64,000 bases of DNA from Mizuhopecten yessoensis (lineage: Eukaryota). The notes below the pieces were generated by a model, which was given only the letters and a program-made list of their open reading frames with translations, did not search any database and was not told the origin of the DNA. Where the stretch lies: contig NW_018479988.1 in assembly GCF_002113885.1 (NCBI RefSeq), positions 129,176 through 193,175 of the forward strand, read 5' to 3'. Shown in pieces: positions 25,870-39,060 of the stretch (its first letter is position 1; every line of letters begins with the position of its first letter). A program made the position numbers and the translations under genes.

Positions 25870-28800
25870 GCATTGATATAAGTAAGTATTCGGATAAACA
25901 TTGTTATGAGTTAGTATTTTGTTAAACAATGCTATGAGTTAGTGTTTTGCTAAACAACGCTTTGAGTTAATATTCGGATAAACAATGATGTGAGTAAGTA
26001 TTTGATTAAACAACGCTATGAGTAAGTACTCGGATAAACAATGATGTGAGTTAGTTTTTTGTTAAACAACGCTATGAGTTAGCATTCGGATAAACAATGA
26101 TGTGAGTTAGTTTTAAGTTTAACAACGCTATGAGTTAGTATTCCGATAAACAATGATATGAGTAAGTTTTTGGTTAAACAACACTATGAGTTAGTATTCG
26201 GATAAACAAGGATGTGAGTTAGTTTTTGGTTAAACAACGCTATGAGTTAGTATTCGGATAAACAATAAACAATGATGTGAGTTAGTTTTTAGTTAAACAA
26301 CGCTATGAGTTAGTATTCTGATAAACAATGATGTGAGTTAGTTTTTGGTTAAACAACGCTATGAGTTAGTATTCGGATAAATAATGATGTGAGTTAGTTT
26401 TTGGTTAAACAACGCTACGAGTTAGTATTCGGATAAACAATGATGTGAGTTAGGTTTTAGTTAAACAACTCTATGAGTTAGTATTCGGATAAACAATGAT
26501 GTGAGTTAGGTTTTAGTTAAACAACTCTATGAGTTAGTATTCGGATAAACAATGATGTGAGTTAGTTTTTGGTTAAACAACGCTATGAGTTAGTATTCGG
26601 ATAAACAAGGATATGAGTTTGTTTTTGGTTAAACAACGCTATGAGTTAGTATTCGGATAAACAATTATGTGAGTTAGTTTTTGGTTAAACAACGCTATGA
26701 GTTAGTATTGGGATAAACAATGATGTGAGTTAGTTTTTGGTAAAACTACGCTATGAGTTAGTATTCCGATAAATAATGATGTGAGTTAGTTTTTGGTTAA
26801 ACAACGCTATGAGTTAGTATTCGGATAAACAATGATGTGAGTTAGGTTTTAGTTAAACAACTCTATGAGTTAGTATTCGGATAAACAATGATGTGAGTTA
26901 GTTTTTAGTGAAACAACGCTATGAGTTAGTATTCGGATAAACAATTATGTGAGTTAGTTTTTGGTTAAACAACGCTATGAGTTAGTATTCGGATAAACAA
27001 TTATGTGAGTTAGTTTTTGGTTAAACAGCGCTATGAGTTAGTATTCCGATAAATAATGATGTGAGTCAGTTTTTGGTTAAACAACGCTATGAGTTAGTAT
27101 TCCGATAAACAATGATGTGAGTTAGTTTTTGGTTAAACAACGCTACGAGTTAGTATTCGGATAAACAATGATGTGAGTTAGTTTTTTGTTAAACAACGCT
27201 ATGAGTTAGTATTCCGATAAACAATGATGTGAGTTGGTTTTTGGTTAAACAACGCTACGAGTTAGTATTCGGATAAACAATGATGTGAGTTCGTTTTTAG
27301 TTAAACAACGCTATGAGTTAGTATTCCGATAAAGAATGATGTGAGTTAGTTTTTGGTTAAACAACGCTACGAGTTAGTATTCGGATAAACAATGATGTGA
27401 GTTAGTTTTTTGTTAAACAACGCTATGAGTTAGTATTCGGATAAACAAGGATGTGAGTTAGTTTTTGGTTAAACAACACTATGAGTTAGTATTCGGATAA
27501 ACAAGAATGTGAGTTAGTTTTTGGTTAAACAACGCTTTGAGTAAGTATTCGGATAAACAATGATGTGAGTTAGTTTTTTGTTAAACAACGCTATGAGTTA
27601 GTATTCGGATAAACAATGATGTGAGTTTGTTTTTAGTTAAACAACGCTATGAGTTAGTATTCCGATAAATAATGATGTGAGTTATTTTTTTGTTAAACAA
27701 CGCTATGAGTTAGTATTCCGATAAACAATGATGTGAGTAAGGTTTTGGTTAAACAACACTATGAGTTAGTATTCCGATAAACAATGATGTGAGTTAGGTT
27801 TTGGTTAAACAACGCTATGACTTAGTTTTCGGATAAACAATGATGTGAGTTAGTTTTTGGTTAAACAGCGCTATGAGTTAGTATTCGGATAAACAATGAT
27901 GTGAGTAAGGTTTTGGTTAAACAACGCTATGAGTTAGTATTCGGATAAACAATGATGTGAGTTAGGATTTGGTTAAATAACGCTATGAGTTAGTATTCGG
28001 ATAAACAAGGATGTGAGTTAGTTTTTAGTTAAACAACGCTATGAGTTAGTATTCCGATAGATAATGATGTGAGTTAGTTTTTGGTTAAAAATCGCTATGA
28101 GTTAGCATTCGGATAAACAATGATGTGAGTTAGTTTTTGGTTAAACAACGCTATCAGTTAGTATTCTGATAAACAATGATGTGAGTTAGTTTTTGGTTAA
28201 ACAAAGCTTTGAGTTAGTATTCGGATAAACAATGATGTGAGTTAGTTTTTGGTTAAACAGCGCTATGAGTTAGTATTCGGATAAACAATGATGTGAGTTA
28301 GTTTTTAGTTAAACATCGCTATGAGTTAGTATTCGGATAAATAATGATGTGAGTTAGTTTTTGGTTAAACATCGCTATGAGTTAGCATTCGGATAAACAA
28401 GGATGTGAGTTAGTTTTTGGTTAAACTACGCTATCAGTTAGTATTCGGATAAACAATGATGTGAGTTAGTTTTTGGTTAACCAACGCTATGAGTTAGTAT
28501 TCGGATAAATAATGATGTGAGTTAGTTTTTGGTTAAACTACGCTATCAGTTAGTATTCGGATAAACAATGATGTGAGTTCGTTTTTAGTTAAGCAACGCT
28601 ATGAGTTAGTATTCGGATAAACAATGATATGAGTTAGTTTTTGGTTAAACAACGCTATGAGTTAGTATTCGGATAAACAATGATGTGAGTTAGTTTTTTG
28701 TTAAACTACGCTATGAGTTAGTATTCCGATAAATAATGATGGGAGTTAGTTTTTGGTTAAACTACGCTATGAGTTAGCATTCGGATAAACAATGATGTCC

Positions 28801-28990
28801 CCTAGTTTTTTGTTAAACTACGCTATGAGTTAGTATTCCGCTAAACAATGATGTGAGTAAGGTTTTGGTTAAACAACGCTATCTGTTAGTATTCTGATAA
28901 ACAATGATGTGAGTTAGTTTTGTGTTAAACTACGCTATGAGTTAGTATTCGGATAAACAATGATGTGAGTTAGTTTTTGGTTCAACAATG
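25870..28990. repeat. 56-bp satellite (dimer of two related 28-bp monomers), about 55 copies
   Basis: AAACAATGATGTGAGTTAGTTTTTGGTT alternating with AAACAACGCTATGAGTTAGTATTCGGAT over about 3.1 kb. Confidence 0.97.
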
Positions 28991-29627
28991 TGACGAGCTT
29001 AGGTTCGGTTTAAATAATTTTATAGTATTAACTCTACACTTTATTCCTGTCCTCAAAGATAACAACGATATTATACATTACTGACTTGAAAATAGGCAGT
29101 GTGGCCATGTTGTGCTTAATTAGGTGGTATAATACCCTTCCAATAGTTTAATTATTTTATTATTTGAGCCAATTCACGCTTACCTTAAGATTATTTTATT
29201 TTATTTATTTTATCTTTCTTGTATGAAATATTATTTATGATTGCTTTATACTGGAAAAAAATGAATAAAAACCCTTTACTCTATATTCTACAATTTTCAT
29301 TTATTGTATATGTGTTACAAATCACCTAACCTTTACCATTTCTCTGCACCTGATCTTCCTTTTAACTGTATTACATATGAAAAAACATGCATCCCCTTTA
29401 AGAGGGTAATGTTATAACATAAATGTCTACGGATATACCCGAATGACATAGTTTCACATCATATTTTTACATTTCAATACAAAACTCAATCATACTACCC
29501 GAAGATTTCTGTGAAAGGTCAGACTTCTATACGTAATGTTACGACATTTCGGCAGCACAGCGAAAGGCGGAAGCACTGATGGTCAGACATGTGACGGCCA
29601 CGAACACAAAGTGACCAGTCCTGTAAG

Positions 29628-29686
29628 TATAAATAGCCCAGCTAGAAATCAACTCACCATTCACTTGTTTGCCCTAGCAGTGTAAG
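29628..29686 (+). promoter_or_regulatory. TATA/Inr and non-coding exon 1 of copy 4
   Basis: TATAAATA 29628-29635, CCATTC (A at 29659), GCAGTGTAAG|GTAAGT at 29686. Confidence 0.8.
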
Positions 29687-30053
29687 GTAAGTAAGATTTC
29701 ACTGCTCTACTTTCTATCTGTTTTTCTTCTGAAGCATCTTCATAATTTCGTCATCATGCACTATACAAACTTCACTAAGCATTTAACTATTTTGTATGAA
29801 TACTAGCACCTAACTATATTGTTATATCCTTAGAAGAAAAATACATCATTTTTACTCAAATGTAAAGTTTCAAACTTGCTCTAGTCTTGTGCCAGTCAGG
29901 GTTGCTTATCAAAAGCGTCGCGTTATTATTTATTTATTGTAGGACATGAGACCACAGCCAACAAGAACTCTTACCTCAATAGTGCTTAATTTCATAACCT
30001 AAACTATTCTAATAATATTTGTGGTTGTTACCAGAATCCGCCCACCAATCACC

Positions 30054-30694
30054 ATGAACAAGTCTCTGATGCTCGTGTTGATCCCCTGCCTGGTGGCTTA
30101 CGTTATGGCCCAGTATTACCAGCCTGGATACGGTGGTATGGCTGGATACGGTGGTGGGTACGGGGCTGGAACCTACTACAACTACGCCGCGCAGAGCGCC
30201 CAAGGAGCCAAGACAAGCAACTTGTTGAACTATGGTAAGGATTTGTATGTTCTTATATGTGCGCTCATTTTTACTGAATATGTATTTATTACCATTTTAT
30301 AATATTCAAAAATACAGCCGAAAAGTTGAAAAATTAAAAATTATGACTACATAAAAAAAAAAAAAAAAAACATGAGCTCCGCAAAAAAAAATTGTATTTA
30401 GAATAAACAGTTCTAGAAAAAACAATATATTTCAATAATGATGTTGTCGCTTAAAAAATGAATGCGAAAATAAAAGTAATATTCGTTCTGCTAACTGTTA
30501 CATATGCTGTATTTAAAACATCAAAAATAAGATATGAATTACGTTATTACCTTCATTTGACTTCCCCTATTTACTTTTGCCTCTATGCCTGAATTTGAGA
30601 AAGTGCGAGACTGATAACTAATGTTTTTGTTCCAGGCCTTCTCTTCTTCGCCATCCTCATCCTGACCAACGCTACCGGAAGTATCACTGGTTAG
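30054..30694 (+). CDS. Small secreted Gly/Tyr-rich protein, copy 4 (79 aa, P38A variant; join 30054..30234,30636..30694)
   Basis: Same exon structure; TAG stop; exon 3 ends 30746 (G|GTGAGT); exon 4 from 31175; AATAAA 31231-31236. Confidence 0.93.
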
Positions 30695-32699
30695 ACGTAG
30701 CCTCCCGATACTGACATGCTCCCCTCCCCGTACAAGTGATCAAATGGTGAGTCTTTTGAATGTTTGATTGATACAGCTTCTATTCATATATTAGAAAAAT
30801 GTGAAAATTTCATTTCATTATAATGTAACACTTCCTGGAAAATATTTTCCATTTTTCCTTTTTTCCATTTTTTAAACAACATAAAAGAAGCAGGCAGATA
30901 AATTGTTCTATTTGTTTTAAGCTACATTAATTTGATTATTAGTAAAGTTCACTGCATTATACATTTGAAAAGTATTCCGTTTTAGGTACCCTCTCAAACG
31001 TGTAATGGACTGACTACAGCCATCAAATTCTGGACAATATCAAGCTTTGATAAAGTTTAACAAAAAAACAACAAAATACAAATAAAAAACGATTTTTGCT
31101 ACTGTTTCTTTAGGCGTATGTTATGAATCAATTTAAAACGTGTTCTAATCACATCTTTTTTCTTGTTCTTTCAGAATTCCACAGACTTCCTGATACTGTC
31201 ATATTGCGTGAATCATAATATGTTGCTGAGAATAAAACTTAATTTATTATGTAAATATTTGAATTTTTATCTTTGCCTTCGCACAATGAAATCATTGGAA
31301 AGTTGTTTAGTGTAATGAATGCTACATCAATTTTACTTAAACATATGAAACTGTCTTCAGTTTAATTCAAACTGCAACTAAAATTGCTGAAAATGTAGAT
31401 AATTAAACAAATAAACGATACTGCTATATAAAAATTAGGCAATGTATATAAAAGGAATTTCTTACGCGAGTATATAAGCAAAGAAGTATCTTTATTTTTT
31501 AGTACAGTCATATATGCACATGGTGCAAGGTTAAGTAAAACAGAAAGGTTTACACCACTGAGTCAACACACCACAAGGACCTAAACAGGCGGTTGATGTT
31601 TGACTATCTGAACAGGCATGTTATAGATAAACATTGTGTATAAATAGCAGGATTATATACTATTTTTGTATAGTAAAATTCACACTCATTAAAGCGGTTT
31701 TTTTAGCGTATGGTGGAATGTTAACCGTTTAGTGCATTGATATATTGGCTTACCGTTTGTATATATAAAAACTTCAATTTGAACCACCATAATTGAGCGT
31801 AATATAAAAAACGCGAAAAGTGTTAATTTATAAGTTTATTAGAATACGTGCACCAGTAAAATAGGTACGCTTACAGCATAGCATATATTTGTAATGAAGG
31901 CAGAAAAATCTCGATCAAGGGTTAGAGTGCTTGTGCTTATCACAAATCTTCTCCCGGAGGTTGAGATTTGTCTGCCTTCATTACACAGGAATTAATGATT
32001 ACTTTCCCATACTTTCTTATGGTAAACCCAATACAACGCACTATCATCAATATGATGCTAAAGAGGAATGGCAATACTGTTGACGCGATCAGTGTGAAGT
32101 GGTGAGCTTTCTTCCCTGAAAAAGATACACGTTTCCCCACCTCAGCGTATACAAGATGAAAGTGACTCATGAGATACATATCCTAAAACGGACATTGTAT
32201 TCGCCGGAACAATACCTGACACCAACACACAGTTTAAATCTTGCACAACATCAAGGAAAAAAGGAGGGGGCGTGGGGGCGGGGGCAGCGATGGTTACCCT
32301 GTTGATGTCTCCTCAACTGGCTGGTTATTTCTAATGTCGATTAAGTTACTGTTTTCTATAAACGTCTAATGTATTGTCATCAGTATTTACTTTAATAATT
32401 CTACAGGACGTCTTATCTTGTGAACTGATAGATGTATTTACCGCGAGCATTTCCTTTACAGAAAACTTGCAGTTGGGAAGTATATAAGAAATTTATATTT
32501 TGTGAACATCATATGAAATAAAAATGTAAAATGTTAGGTGCTGAATATTATGTAAGGTTTCTAGTATACGTAAATTGTTAATTTACTGTCGGTTTAAGGA
32601 CTAATTTATATAATGTGCCAACTTAATAAGTGGGGTTTAAGTAAGGGACCGCAGAATTTATTAACTTTGCTCCAAACGAAACTACTAATGAATAATTTA

Positions 32700-33400
32700 T
32701 AAAACTCATTTAACAAGCGATGACCCAAACACATCTTCAAACAAACTCCGACATTCACGATTACCGAACTAGATATCCAAATAACATTCTACTTATACGC
32801 TATAAAATATCTGTATATCAATAAGTCCTTTCTGCCTTCTACCATTACATTATGGAATCAATTGTAAGAAACAATAAAAATTGATTCGTCTATCACTAAA
32901 CCTAAGGAATGTTTAAACGGACATTGTATAAGTACTTGGTACTTGATTCCTAATCGTTGATGATTATGTATTGAAAATATGATGTATTGTATATTACCAG
33001 AAATAAATACTACAGTTTAAACTAACTGTTTAAACAGAAATGTTGTTGCTATTCCTTCCTATTACAATAACATGTCCTGTATTGGATAGATCTACCTTAC
33101 CAGGCTACGCATGGAATGTAGTTCTTTGAACTATTATTACCTCCAGAAAAGTCTTGTCGATAGTCCTGGGACGTCTTTTCTTGCGTTGCTACCTTCGAAA
33201 CAAACGAACATTTCCTAGAACATGGTCACAAGCATGAAACTCCCAGACGTAAATGCCTGTATCGCCTCTCTTACCAACTCTCCACTAATGTATTGTTATA
33301 TGGAGACTAAAACGTCGCAACAGCTCAAAATGTAGAAATAGTTGAGAGACTTCAAAAGTCCCGTGTTCAGTCTAAACGGTTAGATTAAGTAATACAAGTA
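32700..33400 (+). mobile_element. Degenerate 3' end of a CR1/L2-type LINE ORF2
   Basis: Translatable relics KSFLPSTITLWNQL (about 32823), LTRLRMECSSLNYYYLQKSLVDSP, ETNEHFL and LLYGD*...SKRLD*. Confidence 0.7.
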
Positions 33401-34479
33401 TGAGTAATATTGTTATTTGGAGTTGACACAGCAGATGAAGATAATCTGCAGATATTTATCAGAATCAAAATGGAGAAGGAAACTTTAACCCTGTGTCCAA
33501 TATAAAATCTATGAATTATTTCATTACCTCTAGAAATGAACATATTCATTTCCTCGAAGATTTACAAACAAGCCAAAATATAGTTTGGAGATGAACGACA
33601 ATGCCAGAAAAGTAAAATGAATATATTGGGGAAAAAAACATAAACTAATAACAACATTGATTTTTTTAATCTTAACTACAACAGGGCCAGATGGGATAAG
33701 AGATGTAGGTAATTTAAGATGACTTAAGATAATATATTAGGTAATTGCACTCACTCGATCAACAGTGTTAAGCATTATGTACACTCAGGTTTTAATGGCA
33801 GTTTGCATATCATTTGTCTACTGTAAAATCCAGAGATAAAATATCACAAAATTGCTCTTAAAAAAAACACACAAAAAAATACATTTATCAATTTGTTGAT
33901 TAAATGGAATTGTTAAAACTTCTCAAATGTTTGTTTTTTTCCATAATAATACAATTACTCTCTATTTCATGGAATATCAATGTATGTGTTGTTACATTCC
34001 CTTACCAGATATTGTTTCTTCGGTTTTTTTACATGTACCTGTAGCATTATCCGATATTAGTCATTTATAAGGCCACTAGTTTGTCAGAAAGATGAGAAGG
34101 ATTTATAAAAGTACACTGTGCTTGTTTCCTCATCATGTTTGCTTTTGTGATTTGTACTATTCATGCCATGTAATCGATAATTTGTTTAAAGCAACAAGCG
34201 ATGTTTTTAGTTATATGTATGTGAATCTGAAATATTTTATCAGAATTATGTATTCAGTTCGGTAAACACAGCATTTTTCAGAATGTACGTCGTTATTTAT
34301 CAATCGTGTCCGATTAGGATGTATTCCAAACTTAGTGATATTCAATGACAAATTGCTGACATGGGAATGCATATCCTCTACACAAGACAGAAGCATAAGA
34401 TATCAACAAAGCTAACTGTGATGACACATCTATGTGTATCTATTTATTATTTTAACATTATTAAGTACCAAATCAGAAT

Positions 34480-35380
34480 TGTTTTTCTTTCTATTGTTTT
34501 GATTGATACATCTTTGGAACAGTTCAAATTAGGAACTCACACGATATTTTCTGCAGATATATCTGAAAACTGTTCTTCCTCTCCACAGTTTTACAAAGTT
34601 GTGTATATGACTAATATGTAGCACCCTTCCGTAGTGTAAGGAAACCGGTAACGTCTTTGTCATAAACTCCATGAATCAGCTTGTAGACTAGCATATCCCC
34701 CGCTGACTTTTGTCCGATATGGTTGGCATTTTTAGACGTTTTGGTCTCACCAGATATGAAAGATCGTTTAGTCCCGGGACAAGTTTAGTTCGCTTCCTTT
34801 GATCCCCTTCATTTTTTCGATGAATCTTATCTTATATGGAAACCAAATGGCACTCGTGAAGTAAGGATGTGTCCGAACTAGTTACTTGAATACTGTAAAG
34901 GTTGTGATATCAAGATTTTGGAATTATATTCTTATGATGGACATCATTTAATAAGCTTCCCTGTTTTTTTTAAATATTAGTTTTTCATATTCGATGTTCT
35001 TACAGATGATCTCTTCGATGTCTTTCTCTGGTTTTTAAGACTGTTTAGTGAGGGTGAGGAAGATGAGCGTACAAAATAGAGAGAGTCAGAGAATGAAGAT
35101 GCTACATGTACTATGTACAGGGATCAGGCCCCATCCTGGTATTCCCTATTGTATTCGGGATAATAAAACATAAAATAGAGAGAGAAAAAACTGTTTTATT
35201 AATTTGGTAGACCTATTCTGATCCAGTGTTTCTCCCAGTGTGCATATGTTTTGCACTATTGGTTCATCTGCTGGAGATCTTCTTGAAGTATTTAGTGTCA
35301 GATACTTGATAATTTCTCCCAATGCATGTTCATAGATGTTACTGATTGATTAAATATCATTGTCAGTGAAGGCTAAGTTT
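34480..35380 (-). mobile_element. Degenerate CR1-type LINE RT fragment
   Basis: Minus-strand relics with frameshifts: SAIWFPYKIRFIEKM..., TKLVPGLNDLSY, KRLKMPT...RG...VYKLIHGVYD, EKDIEEII, LQEDLQQM. Confidence 0.75.
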
Positions 35381-35859
35381 GTTTTAAACACAAACAGGAA
35401 TTGAAAAGATATTTTGCGAGCTTACGAAAAAGCCTGTTTCCTTTGTCAAGCAAAGAGTGTAAATTACTGGTGTCTCGACTCTAAATCAGTCGAAACACTA
35501 GTCATTTACACTCACTGCTCGTTTTGCGTCCAATAACTCCCCTGAAATTTTTGAACTCAACCTAATTCGGCGGCATAGCTATTGTTTTTTCAATGTGGGA
35601 TTTGACTAAAATATGAAATGCATGCTTGTTGCGAAAAGGAACAATATTTGATGACTTTTTTTCTTTTTAGCCATAAGCAAATATAACAAGAACATGCTTA
35701 TTTGATTTTAATGACTTTGACTTGATAGCTTATAAAGAACATTATATAGCATTATTGTACCGCTTTTTTCATGTAATATTATGAAATCATTTCCAAGTCA
35801 TTTAAACATGTAGCTGTGCAAATATATATACACATATTATGAATATCAATAAAAATATA

Positions 35860-36420
35860 ACTGCACCCCTGCAGTCGGTGTTAGAGAAAAGAATACACCT
35901 GCTTGTATCGTAAGAGGCGCCTAAAGAGGGAACCCACTGAAGTATTGAGGATTTTCTTGTGTGCCCTCAACTTGGGGACATAAAAGCGACCAAAATAAAT
36001 CTGCTGCACCCGTTGCATTGGGCTCTTTATGATTCTTTCTCCTTTTAACTACCTTTATTTTCCTACCGCCTTGCTTGGCAACACCTCGCTTTTGGCTTTA
36101 ATGTTGAACGTTTGCTCAGGTTAGGAAGGAAATGGGTTCTGTCCAAAGGGTGGCATACCAAAACCATCCAAATGGGAGTTGTTATTCCCCGCTTAACGTT
36201 CAGCATTAAGGATTAAGGCAACAACTAGCTCATTCGTTGTCATCATAATGTGACGGGCTGAATGCTGTGCTGGGTATATGGTATTTCAGTGAGGTAGCAG
36301 CATAAGTCGGCATCAGATCCGCGCTATCACAAGCAGGCAAGTACCCCAACATACCCGGCATTTCCGGCACACATACACACATGTACGCTTTCACATCACA
36401 AATGGAGGCACACGAGTGGA
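35860..36420 (+). mobile_element. Probable SINE relic(s)
   Basis: CGTAAGAGGCG.CTAAA motif and a ...CAGCATTAAGG...TTTCAGTGAGGTAGCA... segment resembling mollusc SINE central domains; related to 25470-25570. Confidence 0.4.
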
Positions 36421-37167
36421 AACTGTATACATTCTGTATGTCCTCGAATGGTTTTGACTCGCTTCATTCAGCAAGAGAGAGAAAATAATAAAAACATGTT
36501 TAAATAACAGTCCTCAAATCCGTACAAATCCTCAATAGTTCCTTAAAATCCCTCGATACTTTAGTAAAAATCATTGATGTTTTCAAAACACAAATCAGAA
36601 CTTCTAAAGGGGACAAATTAAGTCCTTAGAAACAGCAAAATTTAGTTTTGTAATTTCACTCCTATACCAATGCACTCATATACTTTTATTGGATAGCGTC
36701 GGTAGTGGAAGTTACAAGTATAATTAGTTTGTTTAAATATGAATATCTGAAATCATGTGCGAAGTTGGGATTAAAAAAAAAAAGGCTGACACCCACCTAA
36801 CATCCAATCTCCAATCAGGTTTTAATGCAGTAATGATACCATGAGCTACAATGGATCGTTTGACATAACTGTTATGAAGTTGGATTTTTGTTTTTCAATG
36901 AGACAAACCGAGAGTAAGCTATCTATATGTGCAAGTCCGAAATGTAATTTCAAACGTAAATGTGGACTAATAAGAAATCGGTGAATGTGCAGTTTTATTT
37001 TGGTGATTAGTTTTTTGACACTTGAGGCTACAGTTTGACTTTGATATTTTTTGTAAGCAATTGTTTTAAGGATATTTTATTGGTTTAATAGCTAATAAAT
37101 ACCGGGCACGTGTGTCATGGCGTGTCAAACGTTGCAATATTCAATTATTTTATATTTATGTTGGAAA

Positions 37168-37537
37168 TCTTATATTTGTATTCAATAATTGTAAATATAT
37201 GTGCAAAAATTTATATTTGTATTCAATAATTGTAAATACATGTGCAATAATTTATATTTGTATTCAATAATTGTAAATATTTGTGCAATATTTCATATTT
37301 GTATTCAGTAATTGTAAATATATGTGCAATAATTTATATTTGTTTTCAATAATTGTAAATGTATGTGCAATAATTTATATTTGTATTCAGTAATTGTAAA
37401 TAAATGTGCAATAATTTATATTTGTATTCAATAATTGTAAATATATGTGCAATATTTCATATTTGTATTTAATAATTGTAAATATATGTGCAATATTTTA
37501 TATTTGTATTCAATAATTGTAAATAAATGTTCAATAA
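37168..37537. repeat. 41-bp AT-rich minisatellite, about 9 copies
   Basis: Unit AATAATTTATATTTGTATTCAATAATTGTAAATATATGTGC. Confidence 0.92.
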
Positions 37538-37808
37538 AACAAATATGTATCAGCATTCTCAAGATGAAGACATAACATGAATAATGTTGTATATCAAATA
37601 TTTCAAATGTTTATAACGTGTTAAGTACCGACAAGCAGGATGACCCTTCAAAGAGCCGCCGACGTGTCGTGTCTAGTAGACGGCGCCGTCTTCCTGGTAC
37701 TGGTCACTGCAATGTTACGACACTTCGAGATCGGCTGAGCCGGACAAAAAGGAAGTGTTACCTGGTTAGTCGTAATAGCTCTGGACACGCAATGACCACC
37801 CTGGTCAA

Positions 37809-37868
37809 TATAAATAACCATCAGTTTCTCCGGAAGATCATTCTGGCTGTCTACCTCTGCAGTGTAAG
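37809..37868 (+). promoter_or_regulatory. TATA/Inr and non-coding exon 1 of copy 5
   Basis: TATAAATA 37809-37816, TCATTC (A at 37840), GCAGTGTAAG|GTAAGC at 37868. Confidence 0.8.
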
Positions 37869-38598
37869 GTAAGCATCGTGGTTACTGACTTATAGTGGTT
37901 TCAGAATTTTTTATTGTTGACATCCAACATTTTTTGAAATCGCTGCCTTCTTTATACGTTTCATATTTTACTTACATATATGTATTTAGTTTTCAACTCC
38001 CCTTGTTAATGTGCACATGAATTTTTCATAACTAAAATTCACTTAATTTTTCGTACGAATCACCTAACACAGCAATTGCATTTAAAAAATCAAAGACATC
38101 GTTGAAAAGGGAGTAGAATCTTTTCATTAAAGATGGTCATTTTATAAATGAAGGAATTCTTTTGGCTATATCAACTTGTACTGTGTCCCCGGTTTCCTAT
38201 ATGGTCCTCGCTAGTACCGGTAACTAATATACTAGGTGGAAGATTTATCGCTATCCTTGATTGACTTTGGTCAAACGCAATTATATTGAAAATGCATCGA
38301 TTGTTTATATACGTATTGGATGGTCAAGCTTTGAATTCAGGTCACATTAAGTTTTTATGTAAGTCCGGGATATTTAGGTAATTTACACCAATGAAATACA
38401 AAACATCGACGTTTTTGATTAAAAATATAGTCTAAAGCTAAATGAATTTCAATTGTATTCAGACATGCACAAGATAAGAGGCGATTCAGGTAAATTATTT
38501 ACCTTATGTCTACCTTGACATACACGTTTCTCCTCGTCCTTTTTTATTTATCGATATTTTCCTTGTAGAATCATCGCCCGCCCCGCCCACCTCTCACC

Positions 38599-39060
38599 AT
38601 GAACAAGTCTCTGATGCTCGTGTTGATCCCCTGCCTGGTGGCTTACGTCATGGCCCAGTATTACCAGCCTGGATACGGTGGTATGGCTGGATACGGTGGT
38701 GGGTACGGGCCTGGAACCTACTACAACTACGCCGCGCAGAGCGCCCAAGGAGCCAAGACAAGCAACTTGTTGAACTATGGTAAGCAAAAACACAACAGGA
38801 CAAGTTTGGCGTTGTATCCATTAGTTTTAACATTTCGTTTTCTTTGTATATTGCACATTTTACGCGTATTAGGATTTGATGGCCTATATCCATAACTGTT
38901 ATTACCTCATTAATCGTACACTACAGACCGGGCATTGTTATTGACGAGGTTGAATAGTCTGTTCTCACAAAACACGCTCAATATAAACTTACTTGTTCCA
39001 GGTCTTCTCTTCTTCGCCATCCTCATCCTGACCAATGCCACTGGTAGTATCACTGGTTAG
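38599..39060 (+). CDS. Small secreted Gly/Tyr-rich protein, copy 5 (79 aa; join 38599..38779,39002..39060)
   Basis: Protein identical to copy 1; TAG stop; exon 3 ends 39101; exon 4 from 39374; AATAAA 39454-39459. Confidence 0.93.

Noticed and set aside
22501-28990. CRISPR-like appearance of the regular arrays
   Set aside because: Head-to-tail units with no unique spacers, no cas genes, and a eukaryotic intron-containing context.
32263-32285. G-rich tract as a G-quadruplex element
   Set aside because: Only three long G-runs, isolated, and with no associated feature.
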